Shown here in pieces: positions 35,439 through 44,355 of a stretch of 56,700 bases of DNA. The first letter of the stretch is position 1. Every line of letters begins with the position of its first letter. The notes beneath the pieces were generated by a model. It made no database searches and was not told the origin of the DNA. It worked only from the letters and a program-made list of their open reading frames with translations. This DNA comes from an uncultured virus (IMG/VR IMGVR_UViG_3300017917_004074) (Duplodnaviria > Heunggongvirae > Uroviricota > Caudoviricetes). Made by a program: the position numbers and the translations under genes. The stretch lies in the IMG/VR virus record IMGVR_UViG_3300017917_004074; one strand, 5' to 3'.

Positions 35439-36589
35439 TAGCTAATTTCCTGTGGCGTTGTATTGCACGGACCGGCGCCTTCGATCTTTTCCGCCGCATT
35501 TTTTCTAGCGTTTTCTGCTGCAGTTACTTCTGACATATCTGGATCCGGAGCGGTACCGACTTGAACGGTATCATGAGTCGTGTTGTACTGGGCAACCTCT
35601 CTACCTTGATAAACCGGATTCCAACCAGGTTCTACGTTAGATTTTGAAACATCAAAATATATAGAATGCGGAGACTTGCAGTAGAGTTCATAATCATCAT
35701 AGATATTGTCAAACCAAACTGGTGGACACCACTTCTTGCTCTTTTTTTCTTCGACAACGACTATACCTGCTTTAATGTCATTGTCTCCTTGCCCAAAAAA
35801 TGTTAGATAACTATACCTAACACCTTTACCCATAGACTCTACGTCATGTGACGCAACGTAGTTTGTTGGGAAAAAGATGATATCCCCCTTTTGTGGCTTG
35901 TATGATATACCAAGGTGAACAAAACGCAAATTGCCGCCAGTAAAGTTTTTACCATTTAGCTCTTGCTGTGTTTCAACATGATCATTAAAATACACTAGGG
36001 CGCCACAGGTTTGACGTGATGCAACCATTCCCTTTGGCATGTATCTTACGCCTTTTGTGACCTTATAGTTAGTATCATTATCAGCGTGGCAACCTAATCT
36101 GCCCCCATCTCCATATCTTAAAATGTGTCCTCGAGTTTTCCACCAAATGCTACCGATCATCAATGGATAATGGTCTATATACTTTAATAGACATTTGTAA
36201 ATTTGATCTTCAAGATAAAAAAAGAAATTTGCTATCTCTTCGGGAGTTTGTGAGTTGACGGGATCTAGCAGTCTTACTGGCGTTGCTGGCACTTCGTCAA
36301 TTGCATATCTGAAACCATCTTCATTTATGCCATATTTTTTGCCCTCTATTTCAACATACTTCCATCTGCCCTGATGTGCTTCATCAGCTTTTTCATCAAT
36401 ATATTTTAATACTAAATTTTGATCTATGTTAAAAGCGTTTCTAAAAACAACAACACCAGGACCAAGAATCTCGCATTGAATTTTGCCAATTTCCTCTATT
36501 ACCTCTTCCGTTATCTTAGGAGATACAGGAAAAGATGGGAGATTTTCATAATCTAATTGTTCGTTTACAGGACTATTGCCATAAGACAT
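35438..36589 (-). CDS. 2OG-Fe(II) oxygenase, prolyl-4-hydroxylase-like (~383 aa)
   Basis: CHAD, LVYFND, FTGG, FPTNYVASHDVESMGKGVRYSY. The ATG at 36589 avoids overlap with the upstream gene. Confidence 0.85.
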   Translation of the reverse strand: MSYGNSPVNEQLDYENLPSFPVSPKITEEVIEEIGKIQCEILGPGVVVFRNAFNIDQNLVLKYIDEKADEAHQGRWKYVEIEGKKYGINEDGFRYAIDEVPATPVRLLDPVNSQTPEEIANFFFYLEDQIYKCLLKYIDHYPLMIGSIWWKTRGHILRYGDGGRLGCHADNDTNYKVTKGVRYMPKGMVASRQTCGALVYFNDHVETQQELNGKNFTGGNLRFVHLGISYKPQKGDIIFFPTNYVASHDVESMGKGVRYSYLTFFGQGDNDIKAGIVVVEEKKSKKWCPPVWFDNIYDDYELYCKSPHSIYFDVSKSNVEPGWNPVYQGREVAQYNTTHDTVQVGTAPDPDMSEVTAAENARKNAAEKIEGAGPCNTTPQEIS

Positions 36590-36593
36590 TTTA

Positions 36594-37211
36594 TTACCCC
36601 AATACTTCGTCAATTGCTTCTCTTATTGTCCAACCAGCTCCCATAACCCTTGGTTCTTCATCCAAGGGCATATCTTGCCAATTGAATCTAGAAATCACTA
36701 CCCCATTTCTACTGATTAAAAATTTTTCATAACTATGGGGTATTCTTGCTATTGCTTGACCAGCTAAATTTTGTCCTTCTACAGCTGCAGTCGTTCCATC
36801 TGCAGTTGTATCAGAATATGCTCGTCTTTCTTTTCCTTTAAGGAAAGAATAAACTTCATGTTCATTTTTGCCGTTTACTTCAACTTTTTCAGCTATTGGA
36901 AAATTCACAAATGGATAGTTTGTTTTTATAAACTGACTTATCTCCTCATTTGAGCCCGGTTCCATTTTACCAAACTGATTACACGGAAAAGCAACAACTG
37001 AAAATCCCCTGTCTTTAAATTCATCATGGACTGCTTGCAGTTCCCATAAATTCCTACTGGTTCTCACATATGACCACAGCGGACTGCATTGTGGCTTATA
37101 CCCAAATTTGCTTGATATATTTACAATTAAAGTAATTTTTCCTTTAAATTGATCAAGAAAATTTTCTTGTCCATCGAGACCTTTAACATCTATATCGTAA
37201 ACATTATTCAT
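36594..37211 (-). CDS. Glutathione peroxidase-fold protein with degenerate active site (205 aa)
   Basis: FKGKITLIVN, GFSVVAFPCNQFG.MEPGS, KVEVNG..EH.VYSFLK and EKFLISRNG are GPx signatures; the catalytic positions are substituted. Confidence 0.85.
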   Translation of the reverse strand: MNNVYDIDVKGLDGQENFLDQFKGKITLIVNISSKFGYKPQCSPLWSYVRTSRNLWELQAVHDEFKDRGFSVVAFPCNQFGKMEPGSNEEISQFIKTNYPFVNFPIAEKVEVNGKNEHEVYSFLKGKERRAYSDTTADGTTAAVEGQNLAGQAIARIPHSYEKFLISRNGVVISRFNWQDMPLDEEPRVMGAGWTIREAIDEVLG

Positions 37212-37500
37212 TTTTTATTCCCTTAAAATCGACCATACAATACTCGTTTATCTTAATTGTTCCAAAAATTACCTTATCCTCGAGTCTACCATTCATAACT
37301 ATGGTAGATTTTGTTGGAGTTTCTGTTTTACCAATTAACTGAAAAGTATTTGAAACAAATTGCACATCATGAAACTCCATGCTACCCCTTGCCTCAGAAA
37401 GCATTGCATTAAGTGAAGGAGAGATTGCCAAAGTATAGTAATCAACACCCAGGGGAGAAGATACTTGAATTTTCCAAGATCCTACAAATTGCTCTTGCAC
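37204..37500 (-). CDS. Hypothetical small beta-rich protein (98 aa)
   Basis: Coupled ORF overlapping both neighbours; GSWKIQVSSPLG N-terminal pattern. Confidence 0.5.
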   Translation of the reverse strand: MQEQFVGSWKIQVSSPLGVDYYTLAISPSLNAMLSEARGSMEFHDVQFVSNTFQLIGKTETPTKSTIVMNGRLEDKVIFGTIKINEYCMVDFKGIKNE

Positions 37501-38201
37501 TATTGTGGCTCCTTTAATGATGGTAAGCCCTCAAATGGAGGTCCTATTTTTTCTCCTTTTTCATTTAAGCCGGTTTTTATACCTTTCATCCAGGTCCAAG
37601 GTTGTTCCTGTAATTTCTTCATTTTTGCATTACCGTAACTCATTCTCTGATTCATTAAGTCTGGTTTATCCCATAGATTTTCTATTTTAAATTCTACGTT
37701 TTCTGCGAGGTTGTTTGGATATATAGTAAAGTGCATAAAAGGCATTCCGGCTGGGAAGATAACCGGTTCTCCGACTTTAGTTATTTTCCAATTCATATTA
37801 AATTCATCTGGCCACCAATAACTTGGAATTGACGCGGTAAGTGGAACAGCTCCATCGACAAAATAATTGGGCGATCCACCAATCCATGTAGAATAGTTAT
37901 CTTCTGTTTGAAATGTCCATCCTGTGGAAAAAGACATTATTCCTATAATACTTGGAATAACTATAGACCTTCCGTCAAGGGTCTCTCCTTGTAAAACTTT
38001 TGGAACCGTATTTCCACCATCCCATTGCACTACTACATCTTGCTGCAAAATTAATTCCCATCCAGTAACATTTGCCACAGTTAACGGCAAGCATTGATAT
38101 GCGTGCTTGTTATAGGTATCGTCCATCCAGTCTCTTTTTATTCTTGACTGTTTTATTAATGGCGGATTTTGATGTGTTTTGGTTAACGTAACTAAGCTCA
38201 T
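37500..38201 (-). CDS. DUF6065-like protein (233 aa)
   Basis: RDWMD...HAYQCLPLTVAN..GWEL...GSPNYFVDG...FNMNWKIT...FPAGMPF pattern recalled for DUF6065. Confidence 0.6.
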   Translation of the reverse strand: MSLVTLTKTHQNPPLIKQSRIKRDWMDDTYNKHAYQCLPLTVANVTGWELILQQDVVVQWDGGNTVPKVLQGETLDGRSIVIPSIIGIMSFSTGWTFQTEDNYSTWIGGSPNYFVDGAVPLTASIPSYWWPDEFNMNWKITKVGEPVIFPAGMPFMHFTIYPNNLAENVEFKIENLWDKPDLMNQRMSYGNAKMKKLQEQPWTWMKGIKTGLNEKGEKIGPPFEGLPSLKEPQ

Positions 38202-38261
38202 GATATTAGTATACCATATAATGAGAAACTTTTTAACGCCAAAAACGTACTACGCAGTATA

Positions 38262-38978
38262 CTACGAAAGAGTTGCGTAGTTTGGCTGAGTAGTTTTTTG
38301 CGGAATTCCTTTTGTTTGGTCTGCTTTTGAACCATCATTCGCGTACCCCATGCCGTACTTATGGTTATTGTCGTTATAGTCAAACATAGTAACGGCAGAG
38401 TATTTGACTCCGCTTTTAACTTTTAGCGATGCGTGCGCATAGATGTAGGTAGAAGGAAATAGCACTACGTCGCCGGCCTGTGGTTTAAGAGTTATATCCA
38501 AATATGGAAACCATAGCTCCCCACCTTCATATTCATCATTTAGATACACTACTGAGGACACGGTACATGTATAAGAAAATCCATGGTCAGTGTGAACTGC
38601 AAAATGTTGACCAGGCTTATAGCGCACAAAATTAATTGCTTCCATAAATTCCATTTTAAAATTGTACATAGATTCATAATGATTCAAACATTTTTTTAAT
38701 CTATTATCTACGTCATCGTAGCATTTCTTTACTTCTTCAAACTCAGGAGTAAGATACGGCCAATGTATTGGGCTCATTTTTAAATCAACACAATCTCTAT
38801 ACTCTGACATCTTAACATTGTATCCAACGACAGCATCTGACCATTTAAATAAATCGTGAGTACTATTTCCAATAGTGGCTTCCAATCTTTCAGGAATATT
38901 GAGTTCCCTTTCTATGGCGTTTCTATATAGAAATATGCCAAACTTTGGATCGCTAACATGGTAGAATTCCATTTTCAC
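38262..38978 (-). CDS. 2OG-Fe(II) oxygenase, prolyl-4-hydroxylase-like (238 aa)
   Basis: VHTD, VSSVVYLNDEYEGGELWF, FPSTYIYAHASLKVKSGVKYS (Lys at the 2OG-binding position, as in P4Hs). Confidence 0.85.
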   Translation of the reverse strand: MKMEFYHVSDPKFGIFLYRNAIERELNIPERLEATIGNSTHDLFKWSDAVVGYNVKMSEYRDCVDLKMSPIHWPYLTPEFEEVKKCYDDVDNRLKKCLNHYESMYNFKMEFMEAINFVRYKPGQHFAVHTDHGFSYTCTVSSVVYLNDEYEGGELWFPYLDITLKPQAGDVVLFPSTYIYAHASLKVKSGVKYSAVTMFDYNDNNHKYGMGYANDGSKADQTKGIPQKTTQPNYATLS

Positions 38979-39075
38979 TCCTTAATAAAAATCAGATGAT
39001 ATAATATACCACTTACATACAAAGAAATCAAAGCATCGAGTAGAATAAATACTTTTGATCACTAAAGGAATAAAT

Positions 39076-39696
39076 ATGGAAAAATCATTAGTCCTTCCAG
39101 GACATTTTGGAAATTCGTCTAATAATATTAAAATAATAAAAAATTTTATTGAATTAGATGATCTAAAAACAATACAGAAATTTCTTCCCACAATAAATGA
39201 GTGGATGGATGCTGGGGAAAACCAATACGCTGAAGACGGCACATGTATCTACGATTCGTCTTATTGGCAGAATAGACAATGTAGTTACGATATTTTATCG
39301 AGGATAAATCTTGATATCTATAATCTAATTGATAAATATATTATAAAAATGCAGTGGTTTTTAGAAAATCAATTTAAAGTTCGCTTAACTGTTAGACCCC
39401 CAGTCATAATTAGATGGTTTCCCGGCTTAGAGCAACGACCACACGCCGATAAACAGTTAAATGACGGATCTCCGAATCCGTTTCCAACTTATGATTTAAA
39501 TTCACTTCTTTATTACAATGACGACTTTGAAGGTGGCGAATTATATTATCCACAACATGATATAGTCGTAAAACCAAAACCAGGACTGGCTGTAGCTCAT
39601 CCGGGAGATGTAAATTATCTTCACGGAGTAAAAATGGTTACCAAAGGAGAAAGATTTACTACACCATCTTTTTATACGATAACGGAATTGTTATAG
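39076..39696 (+). CDS. 2OG-Fe(II) oxygenase, divergently oriented (~206 aa)
   Basis: PHAD, LLYYNDDFEGGELYY, HPGDVNYLHGVKMVTKGERFT; AAAGGA RBS before ATG 39076. Confidence 0.85.
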   Translation: MEKSLVLPGHFGNSSNNIKIIKNFIELDDLKTIQKFLPTINEWMDAGENQYAEDGTCIYDSSYWQNRQCSYDILSRINLDIYNLIDKYIIKMQWFLENQFKVRLTVRPPVIIRWFPGLEQRPHADKQLNDGSPNPFPTYDLNSLLYYNDDFEGGELYYPQHDIVVKPKPGLAVAHPGDVNYLHGVKMVTKGERFTTPSFYTITELL

Positions 39697-39700
39697 ACTT

Positions 39701-40135
39701 TTAATTTGGTGGAAAAAAATTCTGTCCGTCAAATGTCCAGTTTTTTTTGGGAGGATTTTCTAGATTTGTTACATCAATAATAACTGGATTCTTTTTTAAA
39801 TTTTCTAAAAACATCAATGAATCTGGTTCATCTTTTGGAAACATAATCCAAGAAGTTACAATGCCATCTGAAGTGAGGGCATACTTGTAGTTGTTTCCTA
39901 TATCTTTTGCTTCACACAAATTAGTATTATTATTAGGTGGAAAAAAATTCTGTCCGTCAAATTTCCAGTTTTTTGTTATCATAGAAGCTTCTGGGAGATC
40001 GGTGCATTCTATGAATATTGGATTTCTAGAATAGGAATCACATGTTGATTCAAATGAGGGCTGATCATCAGAAATTTTGTGCACAAAGAAAACTTTTTGT
40101 TCTGCGCAAAAAGCAAATAATTTGTAGTTTGACAT
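39701..40135 (-). CDS. Two-repeat protein, fibre-assembly-like (144 aa)
   Basis: Two ~70-aa halves, each ending NP.(F/I)I..T.L......KNW.FDGQNFFPPN; 27-bp exact DNA duplication at 39708-39734 and 39936-39962. Confidence 0.5.
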   Translation of the reverse strand: MSNYKLFAFCAEQKVFFVHKISDDQPSFESTCDSYSRNPIFIECTDLPEASMITKNWKFDGQNFFPPNNNTNLCEAKDIGNNYKYALTSDGIVTSWIMFPKDEPDSLMFLENLKKNPVIIDVTNLENPPKKNWTFDGQNFFPPN

Positions 40136-40167
40136 TTTAAATCCTTATATTGTGTACTATTTATCCA

Positions 40168-41013
40168 TTATAACACATAATGTACATATTCCCATAGTTG
40201 CATATCAAGTTGATTATTTTCTTCAATTTTTTTTATATCTTTTTTTGACAACATTTGTTTTAATTCATTTGTTGTAAAAATATTATCATTTATTTTCACA
40301 CTAGATTTATTATATTTAATATTTTTTTTAATGTCATCTCTTATGTCATTAAAAATGGTATTTGGATTATTTTTTTTAAATAGACTAATAACGTCCTCTG
40401 TAAATTGGTAAACTTTATCTACAACTCCTATAATTTTTAATTTATCTATTTGGTCTTTAGCTTTTGTCCAACTTGTGTCATCATTTGGTATATACCAATT
40501 TTGACTTTTATTAAGATAATTCATTTCGTTTTTATGATCTTTAATCATTAGTTTTTCATTTAAATTCATACAAGTATGATTATATTTGTAATTAAAGATA
40601 TAATCTGGTATACCATTACAAAGATGTCTTGACTGCAAATTTCTGTGTTCTGCATAAAAAATGTCTTCAAAAAGATAGTACTTTATCTTTTTTTGAATTG
40701 AATCAAGTTTTGTATAGGCGTCTATGGTTTCAAAAACTTTATTAGTAGCCAGGTAAGCAAAATTGCTTATGCTTCTATCTACTGGATTTCTTGCTAAAAA
40801 AACAGTATCTACATTTTTTACTTTTAAAATTGGATAATTGCCAAAATGACCTTGTATTATTTTATATTCATTTAAATCAATTTTTTTATCAAATATAGTT
40901 TGACCATAAAATGCCAGAGTGTCATATTCGCTAATACATTTTTTTAAATTAATGGATACTGTTGTTCCTCCACATTTTGGAACATGTAAAACATAGATAG
41001 TTTTATTATTTAT
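40168..41013 (-). CDS. Sulfotransferase family protein (~281 aa; no canonical start, probable ATA at 41013)
   Basis: The frame is open upstream of the called 156-aa ORF and contains the 5'-PAPS loop IYVLHVPKCGGTT, IIQGHFG and 3'-PB motif FLARNPVDRSISNF; C-terminal N.LDMQLWEY. Confidence 0.75.
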   Translation of the reverse strand: MNNKTIYVLHVPKCGGTTVSINLKKCISEYDTLAFYGQTIFDKKIDLNEYKIIQGHFGNYPILKVKNVDTVFLARNPVDRSISNFAYLATNKVFETIDAYTKLDSIQKKIKYYLFEDIFYAEHRNLQSRHLCNGIPDYIFNYKYNHTCMNLNEKLMIKDHKNEMNYLNKSQNWYIPNDDTSWTKAKDQIDKLKIIGVVDKVYQFTEDVISLFKKNNPNTIFNDIRDDIKKNIKYNKSSVKINDNIFTTNELKQMLSKKDIKKIEENNQLDMQLWEYVHYVL

Positions 41014-41038
41014 ATGTAATCCATTTTATTTTAAAGAA

Positions 41039-41528
41039 TTATGTATTATTCCAACCCAAGAAGTTGCCACAACTGTCACGTACTTCAGGACCATAGAAAA
41101 AGAGGCCAAAGCATGGTGGGAAATATGGTGGGAAGAACGGTGGGAAAAACGGTGGGAAGAACGGTGGGAAAAACGGTGGGAAGAATGGTGGGAAAAACGG
41201 TGGGAAAAACGGTGGGAAAAACGGCGGAAAGAATGGCGGAAAGAACGGCGGGAAATATGGTGGAAAATATGGTGGGAAGAAGGGGCTATGAATAGTGTAA
41301 TTGATTGGTGTACCCAATGGAGTCACTGTTGTATCGGTTACGGCGTTTTTAACCTTATCAAGATCTCCAGAAACTGCGGTTGATTCTGCGGTTACGTTAC
41401 CTACAGTAAAACCCGCATTGGTAATAGTTGTATTAGCGGTTGCTTTTGCTGTTCCGTGCTGCTATGGTTGGTTTAGCGGCTTTTCTTTTACTACCTTTAC
41501 CAGGCTCTGGTGTCTTATTAGCGCTCAT
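41039..41528 (-). CDS. PASTA-like domain + (PPxF)14 proline-repeat protein (~162 aa; +1 shift at CGG, 41456)
   Basis: ATG 41528 follows the fibre stop. Reconstructed as MSANKTPEPGKGSKRKAAKPTIAA-GTAKATANTTITNAGFTVGNVTAESTAVSGDLDKVKNAVTDTTVTPLGTPINYTIHS-PFF(PPxF)14-GLFFYG... Confidence 0.65.
41108..41284 (-). repeat. 12-bp coding tandem repeat encoding PFF + 14 x PP(F/Y/C)F
   Basis: Directly visible; units differ mostly at synonymous positions (CCA/CCG/CCC, TTC/TTT). Confidence 0.95.
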
Positions 41529-41529
41529 A

Positions 41530-43456
41530 TTATGCTGCCAAGTCTCCTAGTGCTACCCATGTATCGGTAGCTCTCTTTATAAGTGTAGCAGATGACCATT
41601 GTGCGCGCAACTTAAGCCCTGGTGTGGCATTAATCGTTACGCCTGATTGGCCAGCTATAGTTGTTTGACCTGCTCCGGTCTGCAGTACTGTTATCGTAGT
41701 TCCAACCGGGAAGGCTACGTTTGCGTTGGTGGGGACGGTTAGGTTATGACCAGAAGCCACGCTCATTTCAACCATCTTTGACCTGTCTGCAAGAACAAGG
41801 GTATAAGCGGCTGTTTGGGCATTTGTTAGTGTGTCACCCACAATTCTTTCATACTTTGTTCCGTCATTTGTAAACTCCCAACAGTCGTCTGTTTCATTCC
41901 ATCTAACCAGAACATTTGTTGATGTACCGCGCTCTACTTCAATGCCAGCATTTTCTGATGGTGATCCAGTAACATCGTTATTTAAAACGATAATATTATC
42001 TGAAACATTCAAAGTTGCGGTATTAATTGTTGTGGTTGTTCCGTTTACTGTTAGGTCTCCAGAAACAGTGAGGTTTCCGGCGACTGTGGGATTTGATGTA
42101 TTTATCCAAGCTGATCCGTTATATAGAAGAACCTGGTTTGCAACGGCAGATGTAATTGTAACATCGCCAACATCGTCTAGGGCATTAATTGTTGGTATCG
42201 ATGCATTAACCCAAGCGCTACCATTGTATTTAAGATACTGATTTGTAGCGTTGCCTGTTATTGTTACATCGCCAACATCATCAAGATTATTAATCGTTGG
42301 AATGTCAGCCCACTGTAAACCGCTTGCAGTTGAGCTATTCGCTTTAAGGAATTGACCATTTGTTCCTGCAGCCAGTCTACCAACAGTGTCTGCTGCGGAA
42401 GCAACAATAAGGTCACCTTTTGCATCAACAATTGAATTTGCGATATACGTATTAGCGGCAGTCGCAGTTGTAAGATAAGTGCTAGAGGCGGTTGCGGTTG
42501 TAAGATAGGTGCTAGAGGCGGTTGCGGTTGTAAGATAGGTGTTAGCTGCCTCTGTGCTCAATAAGCGCAACCCAATCGCCGTATTAACTCCGGATAGATC
42601 AACTTGTGAAGACTCTTTGTCAGTAACCCTTCCGTATTGATCAACCGTTATTGAACTTATAAAATTAAGAGTATTTGCGCCATTGACATTGTTAACGTTG
42701 ACACTTGCTAAGTCGATGTTATCTGCATTGACGACTATTCTTGCAGAATTTGCTGTTTGCACATTAAAGTAACTTCCATCAAGAACTAAACCAGTTCCAG
42801 CTAAAAATGAACCAGCGGAGCTAAACTGAACTACGTTTATAGCGTCCGTTCCAACAACAAATGTATCTGGATTTGATACTGTCAGCACGAATCCTTTTCC
42901 AGCAGATGTTCCGTTGGTGACAAAGATATAGGCGCCTGGTATTTCACTAGCCTCATTGCACAAACCGCACCTAGTCAAAACCCAGGGAGTTGATCCATCA
43001 CCAACAGTTGTGACAACATATCTACCATTTTGGGCTGCTGTAGTTTGATTTTTTACCAAAATTCCTTGATTGACAGAAAATCCAGACAATGAGTCAACTG
43101 TAAGTGCGCCGTTTGAATTAGCTGTTAATGTTGCGCCAACTCCGTTTGTTCCATTATTGTACGTTGCATCAAGATTGGCTATTGTAGCTACCCTTGCGGA
43201 AGGTTTTGCTTTAATCCCGCTTGCAATTTCGTCAACATAACCGTTTTGTCGCCAAAGACGTTGAGGTGCTTCCCGCATTAGATGCAACAACTGAAGTTAC
43301 ATTTAAAATTCCAGTAGCAGAAATGTTTGCAACAACATTGCCATCAGTGCCCTTAAATTCAACCAATGGAGCAGTAGCGCCATTGGCGGCCTTAAATACG
43401 ACTGCTTCATCATTAACTGTTATTTCTGGTGCTGTTTCAAATCTTAAACGGGCCAT
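41530..43456 (-). CDS. Tail fibre/virion decoration protein (~641 aa; +1 shift at CGG, 43243)
   Basis: The join restores SLATK-GYVD (ATKxYVD fibre motif). Contains ILVKNQTTAAQNGRYVVT, AKGDLIVASAADTVGRLAAGTNGQFLKANS and LDDVGDVTIT repeats; AGGAG RBS. Confidence 0.75.
42461..42550 (-). repeat. 30-bp coding tandem repeat (TYLTTATA[S/A][S/N] x3)
   Basis: 42481-42510 and 42511-42540 are identical 30-mers, with a degenerate flanking copy. Confidence 0.9.
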
Positions 43457-43527
43457 GGTTCTCCTATAAGCTTAGTTATTGGTATAATCAAATGCTCGTT
43501 GAATATAGTAATGGCTTATTCATAAAA

Positions 43528-44334
43528 TTATTGTGTTATTCTCTTTAAATATTCTAACATTTTACCGTGGTATTTTATGCGCCCAAAGTGGGTTAAGTTA
43601 ATGGTTGGGTCTACCCAAACTTTTCCACCCATTTTCTGCCAATATCTACAAAATCCATAGTCTTCAGAAAGGAATCTGCCATCTTCGTCTACGTATGAAT
43701 TAAAAAGAGCATAACCGTATTCTTTTTCGATATCATGCAATGCGCCAGTATCGTCATTGTATTTTAATTTTTTATATTTTTTAAACATTTTTTCAAATAC
43801 TTGTCGCTTTATTAACATAAAGCCTGTTCCAGCTTCGTAGCATTCTATGGCACCATTTTCTATATTAAGCTGGACTTCGCCAGGCTTAGTAAGATGCACC
43901 ACATATCTTGTTGCGTATTCCATCAGATCTTTTGAATCAAGATCTTTAAGAGCTCCATCTTTAACTCTTTCCCAGTTTATTTCTTTGATCGGATAAGAAG
44001 CCGTCATAACGTCCTTATCGTGCCATAGCATCTTGAGAACCGCTTCTTTGTCAAATTGAAGATCTGTATCTATAAACATAAAGTGAGTAGATGTCTCACT
44101 GCCCATAAATTTAGCTACTAAATTATTTCTAGCTCGATTAATTAAAGAATCTGATATTGTACAGACTGAGTACTTAAGACCAATTTCTTTAAAATACAAA
44201 CATGCCTGCATAAAACTCATCATGAACGGTTCTGTTACATGAGAGTCGTAACACGGAAGAGCAAAGAAAACATTCCATTCTTGAATTTTTTCTTTTGGGA
44301 TTGTTATATTAATATTTTGTTGTTCTATAGACAT
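43528..44334 (-). CDS. GT-A fold glycosyltransferase (~268 aa)
   Basis: LINRARNNLV, THFMFIDTD (DxD), AGTGFMLIKRQVF, FLSEDYGFC...GGKVWVD...LTHFG. The first ATG (44343) overlaps a TGCTATAAT element, so the second ATG is preferred. Confidence 0.8.
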   Translation of the reverse strand: MSIEQQNINITIPKEKIQEWNVFFALPCYDSHVTEPFMMSFMQACLYFKEIGLKYSVCTISDSLINRARNNLVAKFMGSETSTHFMFIDTDLQFDKEAVLKMLWHDKDVMTASYPIKEINWERVKDGALKDLDSKDLMEYATRYVVHLTKPGEVQLNIENGAIECYEAGTGFMLIKRQVFEKMFKKYKKLKYNDDTGALHDIEKEYGYALFNSYVDEDGRFLSEDYGFCRYWQKMGGKVWVDPTINLTHFGRIKYHGKMLEYLKRITQ

Positions 44335-44341
44335 AATTCCC

Positions 44342-44350
44342 ATTATAGCA
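44342..44350 (-). promoter_or_regulatory. Extended -10 element TGCTATAAT (probably leaderless start of the glycosyltransferase)
   Basis: Exact motif, 7 nt upstream of ATG 44334. Confidence 0.5.
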
Positions 44351-44355
44351 TAATG

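Noticed and set aside
39708..39962. DGR template/variable repeat pair
   Set aside because: The repeat is short and intragenic, with no adenine-specific mismatch pattern and no reverse transcriptase in the window.
41108..41284. CRISPR array or non-coding satellite
   Set aside because: It is a 12-bp period with no spacers, and variation is mainly synonymous in the PPxF frame. The + strand VGKT-repeat ORF 41041..41295 is its shadow.
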